DNA of 64,000 nucleotides from Euglena gracilis (Eukaryota): NCBI GenBank assembly GCA_039621445.1, contig CP154954.1, positions 19,144,642 to 19,208,641 of the forward strand, read 5' to 3'. Shown piece by piece: positions 52,901 to 64,000 of this stretch (position 1 is its first letter; each line of letters starts with the position of its first letter). The notes under the pieces were generated by a model. It saw only the letters and a program-made list of their open reading frames with translations, ran no database searches and was not told where the DNA came from. The position numbers and the translations under genes were made by a program.

Positions 52901-52960
52901 TGGAACGGAGGGGAGGGGGTGTCGGTGCCCGGCGTCCACGTGCTGCTGCAGAACACCTCA
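18134..52960 (-). CDS. Gene B (spliced, start unresolved): SPRY-like / (Tudor/SH3-like + MIB-HERC2)x2 / SAM / ADP-ribosyltransferase multidomain protein
   Basis: Resolved exons: 52877-52804, 52712-52636, 51311-51178, 50609-50592, 49751-49659, 49295-49174, 48137-48077, ~44800-44711, ~44064-43904, 43467-43431, 42680-42552, 41235-41152, 40661-~40608, ~37779-37725, ~36425-36264, 35832-35797, 34850-34722, 34095-33991, 32219-32140, 29207-29141, 27427-27345, 26998-26897, 24709-24639, ~23260-23117, 21619-21546, 20533-20518, 19616-19516, 18794-18630, 18236-18134 (TAG). Exons are GC3-rich and joined in frame by stem-bounded introns. A few linker exons (~45-46 kb, ~38 kb, ~24 kb) and the 5' end were not resolved; an in-frame ATG lies at 52862 but the frame appears to extend upstream. 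Confidence 0.8.
18237..18629 (-). other. Nonconventional intron, last intron of gene B
   Basis: CC|ACC-CAGGctGGCCCTG ... CAGGGCCctCCTG-CTCTT|G; 4+7-bp stem; in-frame join LLP|CNLGF. Confidence 0.9.
18795..19515 (-). other. Nonconventional intron (gene B; paralogous intron 60030-61588 in gene A)
   Basis: AA|GGC-CAGGGGGG ... CCCCCCTG-ACGCC|G; 8-bp stem; phase 2 in both paralogues. Confidence 0.9.
19728..20163. mobile_element. hAT-like MITE, family 3
   Basis: 16-bp perfect TIR CAGGGAATTTCTTAAG...CTTAAGAAATTCCCTG; perfect TSD ATACGGTG; internal GGCTG/CAGCC repeats. Relatives near 6015, 17205, 20557 and 54050-54398. Confidence 0.9.
22437..22602. repeat. Short array of GACAATTG(C)CC motifs
   Basis: About 8 [G/T]CAATT-centred units; a similar mini-array at ~34993-35035. 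Confidence 0.6.
23291..23660. mobile_element. MITE family 4
   Basis: GGTAAACC...GGTTTACC termini; collinear with 7853-8258. Confidence 0.75.
24270..24526. mobile_element. hAT-like MITE, family 1
   Basis: Termini CAGGCATTTTTT...AAAAAACCCTG; perfect 8-bp TSD ATGTGGAA. Internal sequence shared with 26262-26562, 42206-42472 and 51375-51633. Confidence 0.85.
26012..26658. repeat. (CCCA)n/(CA)n microsatellite split by a MITE
   Basis: Direct reading; MITE at 26262-26562. Confidence 0.95.
26262..26562. mobile_element. hAT-like MITE, family 1, inserted in a (CA)n tract
   Basis: CAGGGGTTTTTTTTAAGACC...AAAAAATCCCTG flanked on both sides by CA repeats. Confidence 0.8.
26897..29207 (-). CDS. Gene B SAM (sterile alpha motif)-like domain exons
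   Basis: Exons 29207-29141, 27427-27345 and 26998-26897 splice to ADLEALLASLHLSPYAISLARA|GYNSVEALALASKEDLLRHGVLEPQAIL|LVKRLRE, matching the SAM pattern L..L..L.L..Y......GY.S.E.L....EDL...G. Confidence 0.7.
29443..32122. mobile_element. Family-3-like hAT MITE carrying a ~2.2-kb nested insertion
   Basis: CAGGGCGT...ACGCCCTG with perfect TSD GTGGCAAG; MITE halves at 29443-~29540 and ~31790-32122. Confidence 0.8.
29547..31785. mobile_element. Nested non-autonomous TIR element with an internal palindrome array
   Basis: 15-bp inverted repeat CCTAACTCGCACTTA (29547) / TAAGTGCGAGTTAGG (31771); repeated CATTGCGCA-N3-TGCGCAATG-like palindromes inside; no recognisable transposase. Confidence 0.65.
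33991..35832 (-). CDS. Gene B MIB-HERC2 domain, copy 2
   Basis: FGGDRFTRWHVG|ARVVRGETWQWGDQDGGAGTVGVVTEVDHQSPDWVKVSWRRGP|NKVRTADYRQTDLA. The core exon is 129 nt, the same as copy 1. Confidence 0.85.
36264..36425 (-). CDS. Gene B Tudor/SH3-fold-like repeat, copy 2
   Basis: SPPPEVPRLTPLALKTGTVKRYDAAEERYLVEFGGADSHWVPRSCFNVALE; paralogous to 43904-44064. Confidence 0.65.
36640..37092. repeat. (TACA)n microsatellite
   Basis: Direct reading. Confidence 0.95.
38901..39892. mobile_element. Element with asymmetric ends and a subterminal inverted repeat, nested in a family 4 MITE
   Basis: Begins GGGGTCGCTGAGCTCTTATCCCTTTATGGGTAAGA and ends AAGAGCTCAGCACTATTCAAAACCTGGTA. A 118-bp version with near-identical ends lies at 28343-28460. 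Contains a 150-bp tandem dimer at ~39452-39760. Confidence 0.65.
41152..43467 (-). CDS. Gene B MIB-HERC2 domain, copy 1
   Basis: IGGGKYTRWHVG|TRVVRGKTWQWGDQDGGVGNVGIVTEVDLDGPENVRVCWPIGP|NRFNNANYRQTDLW. Contains the VG.RVVRG..W.WGDQDGG.G..G.V hallmark plus the terminal YR...DL. Confidence 0.85.
41723..41783. repeat. Perfect 28-bp hairpin with a 5-nt loop
   Basis: ACTCCCCTCCTGCTGGACTGAAGGGGGA-gtcag-TCCCCCTTCAGTCCAGCAGGAGGGGAGT. Confidence 0.9.
42206..42472. mobile_element. hAT-like MITE, family 1
   Basis: CAGGGG...CCCCTG; TSD GGCGAGTC/GGTGAGTC (7/8). Confidence 0.85.
42808..43114. mobile_element. hAT-like MITE, family 2
   Basis: TIR CAGGCTTGTGCT...AGCACAAGCATG; perfect TSD TTTTGGAC. Confidence 0.85.
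43904..44064 (-). CDS. Gene B Tudor/SH3-fold-like repeat, copy 1
   Basis: SPPADAVRLAPLASKQGTVTRYDATDRMCLVEFSSSESHWVPRATFNVAL; clearly homologous to 36264-36425. Fold assignment is inferred from the G.V..YD....LV.F.....WV pattern. Confidence 0.65.
45018..45336. mobile_element. hAT-like MITE, family 2 (opposite orientation to 42808)
   Basis: CATGCTTGTGCTTA...TAAGCGCAAGCCTG; perfect TSD TTCGGGTC. Confidence 0.85.
47480..47540 (-). other. Duplicate of gene B exon 48077-48137 (alternative exon or pseudo-exon)
   Basis: 57/61 nt identical to 48077-48137; encodes LEGNCRFAVSLCHTGQMVEY. Part of a ~340-bp tandem duplication (~47297-47690 vs ~47905-48243). Confidence 0.75.
48077..52712 (-). CDS. Gene B SPRY/B30.2-like beta-sandwich exons
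   Basis: PFCGKWNFRDNLRSVACSHDDASAWC|RTSRDSTTVTRQTFPAGGRHSVRLRIVAADLAGPFAVGAVLDRQ|DLSGCG|DHYLGKVALAGSVGLVFTRRGARQEGRFMSM|GMAIGPPTPAVAPGSTVAMTVAGGLLTITVDGVELPPAAVL|LEGNCRFAVSLCHTGQMVEF. SPRY-like landmarks in order: G.H...I, VG, YLG...S.G, G..V......G.L...V.G, FAVSL...GQ.V. Confidence 0.6.
51375..51633. mobile_element. hAT-like MITE, family 1
   Basis: CAGGGGTTTTTT...AAAAAACCCCTG; perfect TSD GTCCACCC. Confidence 0.85.
52713..52803 (-). other. 91-nt intermediate-type intron (GC...AG ends plus terminal inverted repeat)
   Basis: AA|GCC-CGGGCTTCTTTTTA ... TAAAAAGAAGCCCG-GGAAG|G; long perfect stem; in-frame join DGK|PFCG. Confidence 0.75.
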
Positions 52961-55900
52961 AAAGACGAGCAAGGCTGAAACTTTATGAAACACGATGCAC
53001 TGGAGCTTGGACACGTCTCCAGGAGATTATTTCATAGAGTGGACCCACCTGTTCTGAAAAGGAATTTTGTTTTTCAACATTCTTTCCATGCGAAATGGTG
53101 AATGCCTTGAAAAATCATTTGAATTTCAATTTACGCAAAAAATTACAAAATGGACACTTTCCGGGTTTTGAAAATGCAAATTCTGTCACTTGTACACCTC
53201 TGCCCAATATCCAAACCTGTGCAGTCAACGACCGCCCGCCATTATCGGGAGATATGGCGTAAAATGGAGCGCCAATATAACCCCACAGAACCGTACCCCA
53301 TACCCCCCCACACATCCCCCATTGTCACCCCCCACACTCCCCCACACCCACCACTGTCCCCGCACACATACCACCTACCCTCCCCCCCCTGTCACCCCAC
53401 ACGTACCACCTACCCCCGACTGTCACCCCCCCCCCCATCTGTCACCACACCCTTTATCCAATCAGACCATTGCTCAAGGACCCCAGGGGGGGGTCCACTG
53501 GCTGGCCATTTAGCTGGACACTGGAAAAATATGGACCCAACTGGAAATCAAAATAAATCAGTCAACCCAACCAGAAAAAAGAATTCCTCCGGCGCTGCAC
53601 GCTGAGGTGGAAATGAGGTTTTTAATGCAGTTTTTGGCTGGTTTTGTTCAAAAAAAAATCGCCAAAAATGGACAAAAAGGGGGCAATTTTAGCCATTCTT
53701 TTTTTTCATTTTTGGGGAGTCCGCCCAAAAAAATTTTCGGAGCTTCGCGCCGCTCACCCACCCCCACGGGGGGGGGGGTTCCGCTAGAATTCACACTAGC
53801 CAAATTTGGACTAGCTGGGCGGTCTGGGGCGTCCCCTCCCCCCTGGACGAGGCCGAAGGCCGAGTAAATCAAAAAATGCCGCCACAAAAAGTTGTCCACA
53901 AAAGTGATTTGCATGTGCCAAAAAATTGGCATTGGATGCAGGCCTTTGTTTGAGGGTTCGCAGTAAGCCCCAGCGCGTCGTTGGACATAGGTGAGTCATT
54001 GGACATAGTGGCCAGGGGGGGTCCACGGGCCGGCTGGAAAAACGTGCCGACTGGACCACACCCCTCTAAGGAGTGGGGGTCCGGGGGGGTTTCTGGCCGG
54101 CTGGCAGCAGGACCCAGCAGGTACCCAAAAAAATGCCCCCAAAAGCCCCAATTCAGCTGGGTTCGCAATTTTCATCCCGAATTTGGGGGTGAAGACACAA
54201 AAACCACCCAAAAATGTCATTTTTTGGTGTTTTTTTTTTCGCCCTTTTGCACCGAAACATTTTTGGTCTAACACGGCTTTGCTGGCCTGGGGGGGGGGGC
54301 TTCGCAGCCGGGCTGGGAAATACTGGTTTGGAAAAAGGTGCTGGCTGGCTGGACTCCCCCGAGGGGGTTGGGTCCCCTCCGGCTTAAGAAAACCCCTGAT
54401 TCAGATAAACAAGAATTTTTCTTACAATCTCAAAAAAGTGGAAGCGAAAATTTTGACATTTTTTCAAACAAGCCATTTGAAATGGCGTTGCATTGGATGG
54501 ATGATGTTTGCGGGAGAAGGACATTTCTTTAGATCCCAGGGTGTCCAGCCAACTAGCTGTAAAAAAAGTGCTGTCTTGCCACCCCCCCCCCCCAAGGGGG
54601 TTCAGGGGGGGTCCGGCCGGATGCAGGGCCGTTGGTTGTTTCCCAAAAAACTGGCAAAAAAAACGGGAATATAGCTGGGTTGGAATCTCTCAGTCACATT
54701 TTTGAAGTGAAATGACAAATATGCCACTTTTTGACCCACAAATATGGCATATTTTGATCATCTTTCACCCTTTTTTGCAGTGTCCCAAACATGGGAAAAA
54801 TGTTTTCTCCGGGACAATGGCTTTTCCAGGGCTGGATATGGCACTGGCTTTTAACTAAAATTTTGTGGTACTGCTCACCAACAAATTGTCAGATTTGCGA
54901 AAGCCGTTGTGAGATGGGAATGCAAACTGCAACAACACGAAGCACTGACGATTTGTAGTTAAAACGATCCGGATGAGGTTTACAGCAAGGTCAGGATCCC
55001 CTCTGGTGGTGGTGTGAGTGGTTTGGAATGAGGGCCAAACGGAGGACAGAACTCCAGAAAGCAAAACGAAACGAATTGGAAAGTGATACCGCATACAGAT
55101 GGCAAAAAGCTAGCCCCAAGGACCTGTGGCAATTGTTCAGGGGCTTACTCTTCTCACTGACCCATCAAATCAAATCATTTGAAAATAAAAGAATTCTTTC
55201 TTTTCTTCAAAAACCGATTGTCTCGGTTTTTGAATACCTCACAACATTAACCTTGCATATCACCATTGTCACAACCAAAAAATAAATAACCAAATAAATA
55301 ATATGGGTGGAGGCGAAGATTTGCCACACATGCAGTGCGAGCGTCGCCTGCCGTGGAGCAGGGCTTATGGGGAAGAACAAGACGTAAACCACCGGCCGTG
55401 GACACAATGCACGGAAAGGAAAGACATGGAAAGATTTGACTGCAGAACTTAGGAGAGGCGGAGTATGGGTGACTTCTGGGTGACTTGGTTTGTGGGGCAG
55501 GCCCGGGATTGGCAACCATCGAATTTGATGGTGTTCCACCTGCAAGCAAGCAAGCAACAGCATACATCCTCATGCAAATGACAAACAAAATTCTCGATCT
55601 GACTCCCAGGACGGACTCTTCACACCTACCGCCCCCCTGTCTCCAGACAGATCAGCGCGGAAGAGGTTGGAAACCTGTCAGCGGGACAGAGCGTGGAGGA
55701 CAATCTCATGGGCAGGTCCGGGGCAGAGGAACAAAGCTGACTCGAACTCAGTGGCAAAAAATCCGAAAAAGAAAAAATTCCCCCAATTTGGAACCAGACA
55801 CCTGCAACTGGTTTCTGAAGCGGTCCTTTTTGGGAAAAAAATCATCAGAATTTTGGGAAGAGACAGGTTAGAGGGTACAGGGAGACAGGTCCCTTGGAAG

Positions 55901-56176
55901 ACCGTCGGCAAAACGCCGAAAAGCTGGTTTGACAGTTAAATATGAGAAAAATGGCAAAAAAAAAAGCCGAAAAGCCAAAATGAAACACATGCGGGTGGGG
56001 ACAATAGCTGGGACAGAGGGTTGGGGACAGTTTCCAGGAGGACAAGTTTTCAGGGGGGTTGCAACCCTACAGTGAGCCAGGGCTCAGCCCAAGGCACAGA
56101 AGCTTGCCCTTAAAAGGCCTTAGAAACAAGGACTACCTTCTTGGGGAATGGGTTGGCGTGCCTGCCCCTTCCGATT

Positions 56177-56575
56177 TACCTCCCCCTCCCTTGTCTAAGC
56201 ACCGGAAAAGATGGGTAAGAACCGGGGGGGTGGTGCTTATTTTGCCAAAATATGGGTAAGAACCAGGGGGGTGGTGCTTAGACAAGGGGGAAAACTTGAC
56301 TGCAAAAAAAATCCGGCGCTTCGCGCCGAAAAGGAAAAATTCCCCTTATTTTGGAGGTCCACTGTTGAACTTACATATATTTGGATGCAGAAATCAACAA
56401 TACCTCACCAAATCAGGTCTCAGAAGTTGCAGAAATTTCGAAATTTTTGAGAAATTTCTTTTAAAAATGCACACAAAATAAACCTCCCCATGACGATGAC
56501 CTTTAAAAAGATGGGTAAGAACCGGGGGGGGGTGCTTAGACAAGGGTGGTGCTTAGACAAAGGGGGGGGGAGGTA
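56177..56575. mobile_element. MITE, same family as 14220-14930
   Basis: TACCTCCCC..CTTGTCTAAGCACC ... GGTGCTTAGACAAAGGGGGGGGAGGTA. Confidence 0.75.
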
Positions 56576-56824
56576 CATACAAACATACCGCAGAAAAAAA
56601 TGTTTATTTTCAGAGGGTCAAGGCAGGGAGAGAAAGGAAACGTTTCTGATTCGCCGTGAAAAAATCAAAAAGGTCTTCGACTGCATGTGAACTAGGTCCG
56701 CACATCATAGCTCTTTAAATGGGGTGGCTGGTTGCGCTTTGTAAGCTCCTCGCAACAAAAATCAACATCTGAAGAGAGTTGATGCCAGATGGCTGGAAAA
56801 CGTTGCGAAATCCCAGGCCAGCTG

Positions 56825-63737
<6,913 letters not shown>

Positions 63738-64000
63738 TTAAAAGCCATGGGGGGTGTCGAACCAGCTGGAAAGGGTAATGTGGCTAGGCTGGAACCCCCA
63801 AAATAAGCCCCCCAAAACTGGACAAAATAACCAAACAAGGTTAAATCCAGATGGGATGCAGTTTTGCAATAAATAAATAAAAATCAGAAAAAATCTGTTT
63901 TCTAATAAATCAAAAAAACCTCAAGGCCACCATTCTTTGACCATTTGCCTCCTTGTTTCGAAAAAAATGTCTCGATTTGTCTTTGTTTCAGCGGGTGGCG

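Overview
Eukaryotic, repeat-rich, intron-dense DNA. Its exon junctions carry the euglenid (Euglena-type) nonconventional intron signature: N3-C[A/G/T]G ... C[T/C/A]G-N5-6|R, with the two intron ends base-paired. I reconstructed three minus-strand genes by hand; the ORF track misses them because exons are only 16-170 nt. (A) 3' part of an R-S-ExE (cholera-toxin/ARTC-like) ADP-ribosyltransferase gene, 56825..~63737, continuing past the window end. (B) Its tandem paralogue, 18134..~52960, with architecture SPRY-like / [Tudor- or SH3-fold-like + MIB-HERC2]x2 / Pro-rich / SAM / ART. (C) 5' part of a membrane receptor, probably a receptor-type adenylate/guanylate cyclase, ~610..12590, continuing past the window start. 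Of 33 introns I could resolve, none is GT...AG at both ends. Introns are packed with G/C-run-rich MITEs, several with CAG...CTG termini and 8-bp target-site duplications (hAT-like). The intron geometry (3 nt + CAG...CTG + 5 nt) equals such an element plus one 8-bp TSD, and paralogue A has an extra intron that still shows a degenerate TSD. Other highlights: a tandemly duplicated, possibly mutually exclusive exon, 16-18 nt micro-exons, and covarying intron stems. Some boundaries can slide 1-3 nt, several internal exons are unresolved, and domain calls are by motif recognition, not database search.
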